A stretch of 64,000 nt of DNA from Octopus vulgaris (Eukaryota), in the NCBI GenBank assembly GCA_951406725.2, contig OX597815.1, positions 1,302,001-1,366,000 on the forward strand. Reading direction: 5' to 3'. The position numbers and the translations under genes were made by a program. Below are positions 1 to 12,718 of the stretch, in pieces; within the stretch, counting starts at the first letter, position 1, and the number at the start of each line of letters is the position of its first letter. The notes beneath the pieces are model-generated. The model had not been told where the DNA came from and did no database searches. It was given only the letters and a program-made list of their open reading frames with translations.

Positions 1-115
1 TACAAAAGAATTATTTATTTGTCTTCCAAACCCTAGTGTAGTCATGACAACTATAGTTTGTTATTAAATAACTCTAAATTATTAGATATTTTCAAAATTA
101 ATTAAGAAATAATTA

Positions 116-518
116 AGGCGCAGGAGTGGCTGTGTGGTAAGTAGCTTGCTAACCAACCACATGGTTCCGGGTTCAGTCCCACTGCATGGCATCTTGGGCA
201 AGTGTCTTCTGCTATAGCCCCGGGCCGACTAATGCCTTGTGAGTGGATTTGGTAGAGGGAAACTGGAAGAAGCCTGTCGTATATATGTATATATATATAT
301 ATATATGTGTGTGCGTGTGTCTTTGTCCCCCTAGCATTGCTTGACAACCGATGCTGGTGTGTTTATGTCTCCGTTACTTAGTGGTTCAGCAAAAGAGACC
401 GATAGAATAAGTACTGGGCTTACAAAAAGAACAAGTCCCGGGGTCGAGTTGCTCGACTAAAGGCGGTGCTCCAGCATGGCCGCAGTCAAATGACTGAAAC
501 AAGTAAAAGAGTAAAAGA
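116..518 (+). mobile_element. tRNA-derived SINE, family A (full length)
   Basis: Box A TGGCTGTGTGG, box B GGTTCAGTCCC, central (TA)n(TG)n, (GTAAAAGA)n tail; near-identical copies elsewhere in the window. Confidence 0.9.
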
Positions 519-929
519 ACTGTTTTATTTGTCTTCCAAACCCTAGTGTAGTCATGACAACTATAGTTTGTTATTAAATAACTCTAAATTATTAGATATT
601 TTCAAAATTAATTAAGAAATAAGATACTGTGTAGACAATATCAAGTAAAAAAACAATGAATATTTGCTTATTCTTGACAAGTAAACTTCAATAATTTTGT
701 GAAACCACAAAAATTCTTTGCTTGGACTTCAAACACTTTACATCTGTATCAGCTTTTTTATCATTTTTTCTTTGAGTTCATGGCTGTTTCCTGCACCGGT
801 TTCGCATAGCCCCAGCCCATCCAAAGTACCTTGGATTGCAGAACAACCTGCTGTGCTTACCTTGGATCGTAGGGTGACCTGCTGTGCTTGAGGAGACCTA
901 TTGAGTCAAGTACATCAACATCAAAATAA

Positions 930-1261
930 ATATCAAATGGAAATTGTAGTCGTAACACCTGTGCCAGTGGCACATAAAAAGCATCATCCAAACGTGGCCG
1001 ATGCCAGTGCCACCTTGACTGGTTTCTGTGCCGATGACACCTAAAAAACATCAACCGATCGTGGCCGCTGCCACCCTCCCCTGGCACGTAAAAAGCACCC
1101 ACTACACTGACGGAGTGGTTGGCGTTAGGAGGGGCATCCAGCTGTAGAAACATTGCCAGATCAGACTAGAGCTTGGTGCAACCTCCTGGCTTCCCAGACC
1201 CCGGTCGAACCGTCCAACCCATGCTAGCATGGAAAATGGACGTTAAACGATGATGATGATG
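930..1261 (+). mobile_element. RTE LINE 3'-tail-derived repeat ending in (GAT)n
   Basis: Same sequence as the 3' end of the RTE copy at ~36600-37018. Other copies at approx. 1325-1530, 1649-1805, 4605-4800, 15369-15590, 19364-19523, 22650-22925, 28064-28400, 34621-34830, 45510-45690. Confidence 0.8.
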
Positions 1262-2850
1262 AAACCCTACTAACAAAATCATAATTCATTGAACACAAGG
1301 TATTTGGTCACCCTGTTGATGCTGGTGCCAGGTGAAATGCACTTGTGATGGTGCCACATAAAAAGTAGCCAATACCCTCTGTAAAGCGGTTGGCACCAGG
1401 AAGAACATCCAGCCATAGAAACCATGCCAAAGCAGACAAATGGAGTCTGGTATGGCTCTCAGCTCTGCCAGCCTCTGTCAACCCGTCCAACCGATGCCAG
1501 CATGGAAAGCAGATGTTGAATGAGGATGATGAGGGTAATGATTGATTCTTAATTTATAGACAGAGAACTATCATTTAATTGTGAGCTCATAAAGTCATTA
1601 CTAGTGATAACTAGATGTTGTTTTGTGGGAAAGCTAAAGTAGCAAGGTCATCATCATCATCGTTTAACGTCCACTTTCCATGCTAACATGGGTTGGACGG
1701 TTTGACTGAGGACTGGGGAACCAGATGGCTGCACCAGGCTCCAATCTTGATCTGGCAGAGTTTCTACAGCTGGATGCCCTTCCTAACGCCAACCACTCCG
1801 AGAGTAGCATTATAAAACTTCTTCCTACTCTGGTCACACACACGCATGTATGACCAGCTTCTTTCAGTTTCCATCTACCAAATTCACTCACAATGCTTTG
1901 GCTGGCCTGAGGTTACAGTAGAAGACACCGGCCCATGGTGTGATACAGTGAGACTGAACCCAAGACCACATGATTGGGAAGTAAGCTTCTTACCTGCGCA
2001 ACTGCTTATATCTGGACTTAACGATGTCCTTTGATCAATTAAAGCCTGTTTGTCCGTCATCGTTTATTTCTGTTATTTCCAAATTCCAGCCAAAATATTT
2101 TTTCTGTCCGGATGACTTTGTTTTAAGTGGAGCTGCCAAAAATTCTTTGTTCTTCAGAACAATGAGTCTTCAGCTTAAAACCAATATTTGTGTCTGTACA
2201 GGTTTTCACTTGATCAATAAAATAAAGGAGACGCCTGGGCAATCAACCCCTGCACTCAATCTCTCCTCCCCCTACTTCCCAATCTCTCCTCCCCCTACTT
2301 CCCAATTCATATTTCTCATCTTCTCTGGAGAGATCATTCTTTTTTATTTTTCCTTTGTTCTAAAACTGTAATTGGGAATCTGGCAAACCCCCATTTCGGG
2401 TTTTCAGTCCATTATTGTTAAAGAATAGATTTTTCACACTGCTGCTGCTGCTGTCCCAATCACTTCTGATTGGATGCAAGACATTATTGAACTGCTTCAG
2501 GTGCAAACTCTGCACTCAGCCAGCTATTTATACCTTACCTTTGTCTAGTTCAGACAACACACTGCATATTTCAGCAGAGACTAATTTGATACAGACTTGT
2601 CTCCCTCTCTTCTACATCCAGCTACGTAGCAAACCTGTTTCTGCTGTGATCATCCTCACCAATTCAGTAGCGCCTCCCTCCCTCCCTCCCTCCCTTCATA
2701 ATCTCTCAATAAACATCTTCCTGTTTTCGGTCAATGGAAACCATCTCAGTTTTGCTGTAGGTTCCTGTCTACGTTGATGGAGCAAAGGGTCTGGAATCTG
2801 CAAGCTCATTTCTGGCCATGGGGAAATACCTCCTTCCTTGGGAATATATA

Positions 2851-3060
2851 TTTCTTTATTGCCCACAAGGGGCTAAACATAGAGGGGACAAACAAGAACA
2901 GACAAAGGGACTAAGTCGATTACATCGACCCCAGTGCGAAACTGGTACTTTATTTATCGACCCCGAAAGGATGAAAGGCAAAGTCAACCTCGGCAGAATT
3001 TGAACTCAGAACGTAACGACAGACGAACGTTCTGAGTTCAAATTCCACCGAAGTCGACTT
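2851..3060 (-). mobile_element. tRNA-derived SINE, family B (partial)
   Basis: Reverse complement of the family B copy at 20395-20615. Confidence 0.7.
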
Positions 3061-3740
3061 TTCCTTGGAAATATAGATACACATCTCATCATCATTTAAC
3101 GTCTATTTTTGCATGGATTGGATGGATTGACAGCATCCAACAAGCCAGAGAGCTGCACCAAGCTCCAATGTCTGTTTTGGCATGGTTTCTAGGACAGGAT
3201 GCCTCTCCTAACATCAACCACCCCACAGAGTGTGCTGGGTGCTGCTATTTTCACAGCCCCCAGCACAAGCAAGGTTGCCAAGTTGCGAGACAAGACCCCA
3301 TCCCCTGTGTGCGTGTGGTGGGGGTGGCTTTATGCCTGGTGACAAGAGTTTAAAGTGTGGTAGAGAGACAGAAACTGGTGAGATCCATGGTTGCCCCCCC
3401 CCATTCTATAATGGCTGGGTAGAAGGAATTGGTAGAAAGACAAAGATGCTGGGGGTGAGGTGTCAGAACATATTTTCAAAGGATGGGTAGAAGAGAAAAT
3501 AGGGACAGAGAATTTGGAAGTGTGGGGGAATAAATTCATTTGGGTGTGAGGGGAGAGTGATGGTTCATTAGGGATGAGGGTTACAGGTGGATTTAGTAAA
3601 CAAGGAAGAACGGTGGCAGTTTAGTTGATGGTAAATGTATGAAGGGGGGTGGTGAAAGAAATAGGGGTGGGGAACAGCAGTAGGGTGATGGGTGGGGGAG
3701 GGGGTGTAGATTTGGAAAGATTGATATGAAGAATCTTAAC

Positions 3741-4110
3741 ATCATCATCATCATCATCATTTAACGTCCGCCTTCCATGCTAGCATGGGTTGGACGATTT
3801 TGAATGAGGGCTGGCGAACCAGATGGCTGCACCAGGCTCCAATCTTGATCTGGCAGAGTTTCTACGGCTGGATGCCCTTCCTGACGCCAACCACTCTTAG
3901 AGTGTAGTGGGTGGTTTTTATGTGCCACCGGCATGGGGGCCAGTCAGGAGGTACTGGCAACGACCTTGCTCGAATCTTTTTACACGTGCCACCAGCACAG
4001 GTGCCAGTGAAGCGACGTTGGTAACGATCACGCTCGAATGGTGCCCTTTTACGTGCCATGGGTACGGAAGGCAGTTGGTTGCTCTGGCAACAATCACGCT
4101 TGGATTGGCA
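3741..4110 (-). mobile_element. RTE 3'-tail-derived repeat
   Basis: (ATC)n followed by the reverse complement of the RTE tail. Confidence 0.8.
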
Positions 4111-5000
4111 CCCTAGAATTATTTTGTACAAGATTTAATGATTTTATTTCAATGAAAGTGGTTTTCTCTGAGAGTTTTATAGTTAAGTGAGGATGATAGG
4201 GTGTGTGTGTGTGGGGGGGGTAGTGACCTTCACTATTAAAGGTCACCCAAGACTGGCGTGATTGATGTGGTTAATGTTGATTGATAACATCTTATCAGTG
4301 AACATTCACAGAAAATACATAAGGGCTTGAGTTCCAGACGAGTGCTGTCTAAGAAAGTACCTCATTAGCCCTTTGGCTTCTGATCAGAAAGCATCTTTGT
4401 TTCTTTCTTCAAGTATGGCCTCTCATCCACGCCACAACACAGCTCTCACTCTTTCTACTTACCTAGATTCTCTTACCCTTTCTCTCTCTAACCGTCTTAC
4501 ACACATGAAGCTAATTACCACACACAACAGACTATAGAACTAAAGACAAATTAGGTTGTAACGATGATGATAATAGATAAATGACTATTTTATATCACGA
4601 TCATGATCATCGTTTAATGCCGCTTTTCATGCTGGCATGGGTTGGACAGTTTGAGTGAAAATTGGTAAGAAGGGAGGCTGATTTGGCAAAGTTTCTACAG
4701 CTGGATGCCCTTCTTAATGCCAACCACTTCGAGAGTGTAGTGGGTGCTTTTTACGTGCTACCAGCATGGGTGCCACTGACCTGACACCAGCATTGGCCAC
4801 AACTTCAGTCTCAGCTTGAGAGGACAACACAAGCACAGTTTATCACCAAGGGTCTCTCGGTCACCTCTCACTGCCTCCGTCCAACAATTAATATTCTGCT
4901 TCACTCGTTTATTCGTTAACCATTACAAATATATTTTAATCTCGAAATTCATTATTTTTATCTAACTTTTTTTGTGTTTTTCCTTTTTCTTTATTTGCAG

Positions 5001-5846
5001 CTAAAATTTCCCCGAAATCCTCATCTCCTCCTCCTTTAGTCCCTCCCTCATCAATAACCAGCCCAGGCACCACCACTAGCACATCTGTCTGTGATATTTC
5101 TCCTGAAAAAGGAATCTGTGTCTATGACAGTCGTGATAATGGTGGTGCCGAAAACAGAAAGTTCAAAGAAGTCATTCTAGAGAAAGATCTTTCTGGTAGT
5201 ATTGGCATAGATCTCACCAAAGAGAGTATGAAGGACAGTGTTGATGCCGGAGAAATCTTTGTGCATTCCATCCAGCCAAAAGGTCCTGCTGATTGCGATG
5301 GACAGTTGCAATGTAACGACCAAATTCTTGCTGTTGATGGAATCCCTGTAAAAGGTCTTAGCTGTAAAGGTGTCCTTAATAGGATACGGCAAAATGAACG
5401 GCCAACTGTGAAATTGTTGCTGTTCCAGAGATCTCAGACATCTCCAGTAAAAGACCACACTTCTCCGACTTCAAGCGTCTCCGATGTTAAATTACCAGCA
5501 AGTTCTTCCTGTCTCAAACTTAGCATAAAACCATCTAGGGCTCTGTCAAGTAGCACCGATGGTTTGGATTCTACGAAACATCTTAAACCCAAATCTTCTG
5601 TGACTAAATCTTACTTTGATCGCTCTTACATTCCGGAACATCACGTCTCAACTCCCAACATCTTTAATTCCATTTACCAAACTGAAGACAAGTCCATCCT
5701 CCCTGATACAAACCATACTACTTCAGCAGAACTTACAGATAAACCACAAGAGGATTCTAAAGACAGGTTTTCTAACGGAATAAAGCAGACCTTCTTTCCC
5801 ACAAGACCTTCCCAAGTCCTTACAAAGAAAATACCTTCAATGAAAG
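5001..5846 (+). CDS. PTPN13: PTPN13-like, first exon found in window; PDZ domain (KEVILEKDLSGSIGIDL...EIFVHSIQPKGPADCDGQLQCNDQILAVDG)
   Basis: ttttctttatttgcag acceptor, open frame from 5003, AAG|gtaaga donor; phase 1-1; PDZ signature. Confidence 0.85.
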
Positions 5847-5879
5847 GTAAGAATATTCTCCAGAATCGAAATTACCAAT

Positions 5880-6282
5880 GTTGTTGTTGTTGCTGCTTTG
5901 TTTCTTTGTTTGTTTGTTTGTTGAGTGAAGCGGTCTTCGTCCCTTTTGTGGGAGAAGTCTGAAACGTGGTCCTTTTGCTATTCATAAAACCCGCAGAAGA
6001 GAAAGCAGGTCAACTCCCGACACCGAGAGCATCAACGGATGGATGAATGTGCATCCAGGCTCAGTGGTTGCGTAGGAAGTCGGGGACAAGAAACAGGAAG
6101 AAAGAGTGAGAGAAAGTTGGGGCGAAAGAGTACAACAGGGGTCGCCACCCCCCCCTGCCAGAGCCTCGTGGAACTTTAGGTGTTTTTGCTCAATAAACAC
6201 ACACAACGCCCGGTCTGGGAATCGAAACCGAGATCCTCCGACCACGAGTCCACTGCCCTTACCACTGGGTCATTGCGCCTCC
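5880..6282 (-). mobile_element. tRNA-derived SINE, family C
   Basis: Minus strand head GGAGGCGCAATGACCCAGTGGTAAGG...GGTTTCGATTCCC (box A/B), (AAC)n tail. Confidence 0.75.
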
Positions 6283-6899
6283 ACTCTGTTGTTGTTTAGT
6301 TCTGGATCAACACCAAACATTTTAGTTGTGTGTATCTTCAATGAGGCATAGTGTACCTAGGTTGCATTATTCAACGTGTCCTTCTTTTCTAAGGTGGAAG
6401 ATGTGATTTTGCTGCTATTTCTAGATTCAACAGTCTCACTAGTGTCTGCATCCAGTCCTTCATGGACGTTTCACATTTTATCAAACATTTCAAAAGTCAA
6501 AAAATGTCTTGCTGCCCTTTCCAGAATTCTACCGTGATCCAGTTTGGAGTTGCAATGCATAATTTGGAAACTTCTGGTTTAGATGTCTTCCAGTTCCATG
6601 AATTCTTTGCACGTTCCTAATTGCATTGAATCACCAAAGATGGACTATGACTCCTGTTCCTCTCTGTATTTGAGTCTGTTGAAAGTTCAATTGTATGTTT
6701 GTCTACAGCTGATGCTCTGTAGAGTTTACAGCCTTTAGTGCCCATGTTCTGTGCTGGCAGGGTTGGACAGTTTGGCAGGATTTGACTGGTTCAAGGACCA
6801 CATCGTGTTCCAATGTCTTTCTTTGGCATGGTTTCTATGGCTAGTAGCCTTTCCCAACACCAACCACTTTACAGTGTGTACTGGGTGCTTTTTTTCATA

Positions 6900-7115
6900 C
6901 CTATTTCTTTACTGCCCACAAGGGGCTAAACACAGAGAGGACAAACAAGGACAGACAAATGGATTAAGTCGATTATATCGACCCCAGTGTATAAGTGGTC
7001 CTTAATTTATTGACCCTGAAAGGATGAAAGGCAAAGTCGACCTCGGCGGAATTTGAACTCAGAAATACTGCTAAGCATTTCGCCCAGTATGCTAACGATT
7101 CTGCCAGCTCACCGC
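6900..7115 (-). mobile_element. tRNA-derived SINE, family B
   Basis: Reverse complement similar to 20395-20615 and 26681-27075. Confidence 0.75.
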
Positions 7116-7930
7116 TTTTCTGCCTCCAGCACCAGTGAGGTTGGCATGCAGCTTGCAAGACTATGAGCTCCAAGTGAGATGGCTTTATACTAGGAAATGA
7201 GGGGTCAAAGCATGAGATAAGGGGCCAGAGCAAAACAGATTTCTTACAGAAGAGAGGCCACATGGCGGGGGTGTGATTGAGGTGGAGCAAGGAAGAGGTA
7301 AAAATAATAGCGATGAAGTAGAAGTGGGGACAGGGAGCTGGGAATGTGGGTGAGAGAAGGTTGTTAGGGTGTATAGGAGAGATAAGGAATGAGTGAAGAG
7401 GTGGAGGAATATAATGAATGAGAAACAAGTGATGAGGATTGGATGTAGTGAATGGTGGGTGAGGGGTGAGGGAATTGAAGAGCAGCAGAATGGGAATGTC
7501 AACACATTAGACAGGAGAAGGATGAGGGGGTGAGATAGGGAGAGAGTCAGGCATAGTGTGTGGGGTGAGTGAGTGAGAGAGAGAGAGAGATAATTTAGTG
7601 GCTCAGAAGTGGGGAGGATGCTCAATGTAAAATGTGGGTGGAGAAGGATGAAAGATGAAAGATTTGTGTCAAGTGAGATAATTCTGGGCAGTGAGAAAGG
7701 TTAACGATGTCATTTATCTCTCTCCCTCCCTCTCTCTCTCTCTCTCTCGTTAATTATGTAATTATCAAAACTCTATTTTACTTTTACTCTCCCTTGAAAA
7801 TGTAACTTTCCTTTATTCTCTCCAGAAACGACTACGGTCCCTCACTCTCTGTAGAAGTGCTATTACTTAGGTATATTCTTCCTTCTCCCTATCTTAACAA
7901 GCTCTCCACATCATACTTTATATCTTCCAG

Positions 7931-8078
7931 ATGTTTATTTGAAGAAAGTTGAATCCTCAAACAACACAGAAATGCCGGCCTCGCTGGCATCTCTGTTCAG
8001 CAGCCGTGACCAGCTGTTTGCTAATTCAGGAACGACAGACTTGTCTGAAAGAGATTCTGGTAACTGGACGTTGTTGAG
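7931..8078 (+). CDS. PTPN13: PTPN13-like exon (linker, DVYLKKVESS...NWTLLS)
   Basis: tatcttccag acceptor, AG|gttggt donor; phase 1-2 is what is needed to join the flanking exons. Confidence 0.65.
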
Positions 8079-8707
8079 GTTGGTTCTTCTTAAATTATTT
8101 CTTCTGCATTTGCTAACAAACAATTTTGACAAGACATGGAGTTAGAATTATTGTCGCTACAGTTTGACAATAGATCAATCTGGTCAAACAGACCATTCCA
8201 GCTGTGGCCATCCTGTCTTGATTTCAGGTGTAGACTATCTGTAGGACTTCATTATTCAGGGTATCCTTCCTTTCTTTAGATAGTAGAGTGTGGTATGAAG
8301 AAGATTTGGCTGTTGTTTTGTAGAACACGGAGGTTTCCATGAAGCTTAATGTGAAATATTGTTTGTGGATATGAATGTGTGAGTAACATCCCAGTCTGGA
8401 GAACTGGGATATTTTGTCAGTTAAATGTTCAGGTTATGGACATTTAACCAGGACAGTGTTATGTACCTGGGTGGGAACAGACAATCTTTTCGACTGATAG
8501 CTGCAGTTTCATACAGAGTAGGTTCAATCCCACTGCACATCACTTGGCTAAGAATCTTCTTATGGAACCTCAAGTTGACTCCTTTCTGCTGAATGGAATT
8601 TGGTTGGCGGAAACTGTACAGAAGCCTACTGTACATGGTGTGGGAATGTAAATGGACCTGTGGTGGTGGTGATATTAACTCATTGGCAGAAGATATGTGT
8701 TAGCAAA

Positions 8708-9100
8708 TCATCATCATCGTTTAACGTCCGCTTTCCATGCTGGCATGGGTTGGACGATTTTGACAGAGGGCTGGTGAACCAGATGGCTGCACCAGGCTCC
8801 AATCTTGATTTGGCAGAGTTTCTACAGCTGGATGCCCTTCCTAATGCTGACCACTCTGAGAGTGTAGTGGGGGCTGTTTTATGTGCCACCGGCACGAGGC
8901 CAGTCAGGTGGTACTGGCAACGACCTCGCTCAAATCTTTTTACACACAGGTGCCAGTAAGGCGACGCTGGTAACGTTCATGCTTGAATGGTGCCTTTTAC
9001 GTGCCACCGACACGGAAGCCGGTTAGCTGCTCTGGCAACGATCACGCTCAGATGGTGCTCTTGGCACCCTACTAGCAGGGGCACAAGTGCCAGTAAGGCG
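8708..9100 (-). mobile_element. RTE 3'-tail-derived repeat
   Basis: Closely similar to 3741-4110. Confidence 0.8.
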
Positions 9101-9524
9101 ACTTACTGAGAAGCGGTAAAAAAACATTTAATTAGTTATTTCCTGTCAAGCTTGACTTTGTCTTGCATCTGTCAGGGAATTAATATATACAAAAAGGTAC
9201 CAGTTAATTACTGGGGTACTTCCTTCAAACATAACACTTATTTCTGCCTAAATTACTGATTAATGTTTTTCTTAATGAAAAATTATTGATTTGGCAGAAT
9301 CAGTAAAGTGCTTGTTGGAGATTTTAGTTGCTGCCCTTTACGTTGTAGGTTCAAATTCCATCAGAGACAACTTTGCTTTTCTGCTTTTCATTCTTCCAGA
9401 ATCACTAAAATACCAGTCATATACAGGGGTTGGTTCAATATAAGTCAGCATATATAGTAATATTGTTTTAGCTTTTAAGACATTATTCCTATATTTGCTC
9501 AATTATATTGACTCTCCCACTGGA

Positions 9525-9700
9525 CCAAACATGTCGCAAGGTTCACAGACAACAGGAGGACCCCTGCAGTTGGCAAGTGATATCCAAGAGATCAGAAAAG
9601 GGCCACTTGGAAGGCCATCATGGTGATGGGAAGATTGGGTCAAGAAGGAAAAGAATTGTGCAATCAAGACAGACTTGGAAGTGCACTGTGACCAGCAGTG
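9525..9700 (+). mobile_element. Decayed RTE LINE C-terminal fragment
   Basis: Translates with stops/frameshift as HVARFTDNRRT.AV.*YPRDQKR.LGRPS..WED, the typical RTE ORF2 end. Confidence 0.6.
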
Positions 9701-10021
9701 TATAACAACATCTGATGGTCTGGTCGATACTGTGATATATAGTAATATAGGGTCTGCCAAGTTGAAGGGTTTTGATTCCACAGGAATAGTGAGCTGCCAG
9801 GCATAATCTGGTATTTACTGGTAGTCTTTTTATGTTCTGATGTTTAAACTATACCAAGGTTGTCTTTACTTTCCATTGCTCCAAGACTGATGAAGTACCA
9901 GTCATACACTGTGGGTCAGTTTACTTGACAGTACTCCCCTTTCACCACAATTTGTTCTTGTATACCCTTTTTTAAAAAAATCTGTAGCATTCTAAGTTTT
10001 AAAAAAATGTATTTCTTTCAG

Positions 10022-10118
10022 CAAAAACACTTTGAATTTTAAGGATCAAAGACCAAATGAGAAATTCTTTGAATGTGTTTTAACCAAGATCCAAGGCTCT
10101 TTTGGATTAAACATTATT
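10022..10118 (+). CDS. PTPN13: PTPN13-like exon, start of 2nd PDZ (KFFECVLTKIQGSFGLNII)
   Basis: tttctttcag acceptor, ATT|gtaagt donor; phase 2-0; GLGF-like loop GSFG. Confidence 0.85.
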
Positions 10119-10399
10119 GTAAGTTAATCTTTCTAAATCTCCCTTTTTGCTCCCTTAGCTCTTCTACAGCCAAGCCAGCTCCCTCAATTCTATTCCCTCA
10201 CCAATTGAGGGGACTTTGTCTTGTCTTGCAAATCTCTTGGTCACCCCACCGGTGCTGGTGCGACAAATGAAACACCCAGTGCATGCCATAATATGGTTGG
10301 CGTTAAGAAGGACGTCCAGCCATAGAAACCATGCTGAAACGGACAATAGAGCTTAGCACAGCCCAATGGTTTGTCAGCTCTGGTCAAACTGTCCAACCC

Positions 10400-10862
10400 A
10401 CTGTCTCAACTCTAACTGACCAATGAGGGCACATAGTCTCAGCCCATGCATTCTCTAAATGATACCGTCACCTGTCAGTCAGCGAAGCTGATTCAGTGTC
10501 AGCTTGTCTCACCTAGTGATGTTATTTCCCGCCGACGTGTTATGACTTTCAAGCCATTTTCGGTCTTCCCGCTTCAGCCATATATAGAAGCTGGCTTTTT
10601 CGACCGCCTCCTGTACTCTCCCTATTAGTTTTCGCAGCTCGGGGCTAGAAAAAACAAATCTTCTTTTGAAAAGCATTGACATTTTCCTTTCAATGAAGCC
10701 TCTAGCCCCCACTGCCAGGTGGTCACACTCGACATTCCATCCCTGTTCTCTGCATTCTTCGATTAGTTTTTCATACCTCTTCTCCTTTCGTTTCTCTGCA
10801 TTGTCGATGTTCTCTTCCCATGGCACTGCTAGTAGGAGAGAATCCTCTGCTACCATCACCAT
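10400..10862 (-). mobile_element. 3' end of an RLE-type non-LTR retrotransposon (R2/HERO-like)
   Basis: LAVPWEENIDNAEKRKEKRYEKL..EC...GW......AVGARGF matches the restriction-like endonuclease C-terminus. Confidence 0.75.
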
Positions 10863-11182
10863 CTCCTACCAGTGGAATAAACACAAGTGATTATACGCAC
10901 CACAAATCCATTTGAGAGGTTCTCTCTTGGTAAACAATACAGTATTGTGTGTTCTAACACAACATCCGCTTTTCAGTTGGGATGAATGTTATCTTTTGGT
11001 TTAAATATTGCTTCTGTCACTATTAATTATTTCTACATATTAATTAATTATTTCTATTAATTATTAATTATTTCTACATAAAATCTGTTTCCTTTGCAGC
11101 AGTGTTTTGTTAATCTTCCTTGAAAGCTTCTTCCTCTTATCTGAATTCTCAAACGGTTTATACCATTGATCTCTTTCAATAG

Positions 11183-11276
11183 GGTGGAATTGATACAAAA
11201 ACAGATTTAGGTGGTGTCTATGTGAAATCATTGCAACCAGGTGGAGCTGCTCAACAAAATGGCACTATCCAAAAAA
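11183..11276 (+). CDS. PTPN13: PTPN13-like exon, 2nd PDZ (GGIDTKTDLGGVYVKSLQPGGAAQQNGTIQK)
   Basis: ctttcaatag acceptor, A|gtaagt donor; phase 0-1; resembles PTPN13 PDZ2 GGVNTSVRHGGIYVKAVIPQGAA. Confidence 0.9.
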
Positions 11277-11410
11277 GTAAGTCTCTAAATGCCATTTTCT
11301 ACCATTTTTCCTACTTAATTTGATGTTGATTTTTATAAACTTTTGTTAATTAAAAAAAATCAATCAATTATTACTTATTTACAATAATATATTGAGAGAT
11401 AAGGAATTAT

Positions 11411-11782
11411 ATACATTATTTCCATTTGATGGCTATTTGTCCTCATCTTGTTTGTTGTTAACACAACATTTCGGCTGATATACCCTCCAGCCTTCATCAG
11501 GTGTCTTGGGGAAATTTCGAACCTGGGTTCTCATTGCTAAGGTAGTTTTCAATGTTGTTTGTTGTTGTTATTATTATTATTATTATTATCACCATCATTC
11601 TGAGTTCGATTCCAGGCAGTGACCTGAATAATAATAATATCAAAAAATACCTTAGGAATGAGAACCCAGGTTCAAAATTTCCCCAAAACACCTGTTGAAG
11701 GCTGGAGGGGGATATCAGTCGAAACATTGTGTTAACAACAAACAAGATGAGGACAAATATCTGCCAAATGTAAATGATGTAT
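11411..11782. mobile_element. Fold-back element with a minimal type I hammerhead motif in each arm
   Basis: Inverted arms ~11411-11565 and ~11630-11782; minus arm reads GACAC-CTGATGA-AGGCTG..CAGCC-GAAATGTT-GTGTT; box B-like GAGTTCGATTCC in centre. Confidence 0.75.
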
Positions 11783-12718
11783 TACTGATTTAGTTTTACA
11801 GTTAATAAGATTCTACAGTAGTTTAGTTAACTAACTATAGACTTGCCCTATTACCCAGTTTAGTCCCTCAGTTCCATTTCATGGAATCTCTTGCCATTAT
11901 GTGGACCATGAGGTCTACTGACAATTAGGTCTGCTCTTCTTCCTCCTCTCCTTCTCTTCCACCATCAAAAAACAATGAGGGCTGATGCCCTTCTGCCCCT
12001 GACTCCTGACTTTTATTTTAGAAATAAAAGTGAACCTCTCACCGTCTTTGATATTAACATTGTCACTTCTTGTTTAGGAGGATCACTATGCCAATAATAA
12101 TAATAACACATGCACTGGTTCAAATCACTTCTTTAACCAATTCACTTCTTGTTTAGTCTTACAGTTAATGTAAATTACTTAGCAACTTAAGGCTTGTGCA
12201 CTGATGGTTACTGCATTGGTTTCATGACCTCAATGTCATGAGTTCAATTCCTGAACTGTGCAGTGCCTTGTATCCTTGAGCAACGCACATCATTTCATGC
12301 TTTGCTCTAATTTATTCAACTGCAAATAAGTACTAACCGCAGTTGCAGTCCCTTTATGTCTGCCCACAACTAAATAAACATGTCTGGAAAATTTGCTGTA
12401 AACATTTTTGGACATGGGAAAATTTTCTGCAGGGAAATTCACCATAAGATGAAAAAGTGTCATATTTGGAACTCTGCTTGTGTTCCAAACATTAAAATTC
12501 TCTCAACATAATCTTCACCACTATTGTGTAATAAAAACTTCTCATTGATTTCAAGAAATTTACATTTTTTCATGAATTATATACCTACTTCTTCTGCTTG
12601 GTTCTTCTTTTGCCTCCAGCCCCTAATATTGTGAGATGAATGTGCTAAATGAAAACTTTCCTAAGGGAAAAATGTTTATGGTAAAATTTCACATTACCCT
12701 AAATAAGCCCCTAAAATA

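Noticed and set aside
102-347. Recurrent ORFs beginning MSSNARGT... (also 13369, 17961, 32708, 40107) and ...LQLDALPNANHS... ORFs
   Set aside because: Translations of SINE family A and RTE-tail repeats, not genes
7185-7680. Pro/Ser/Leu/His-rich minus-strand ORFs (also 14195-14769, 25489-25909, and + strand 21417-21902)
   Set aside because: By-product of strand-biased G/A-rich low-complexity tracts
7826-7870. Possible small exon (ctccag acceptor, AG|gtatat donor)
   Set aside because: In the phase required by the upstream exon it hits TAG; the model joins cleanly without it
8059-8065. Alternative donor G|gtaact
   Set aside because: Gives phase 1, incompatible with the phase-2 start of exon 10022-10118
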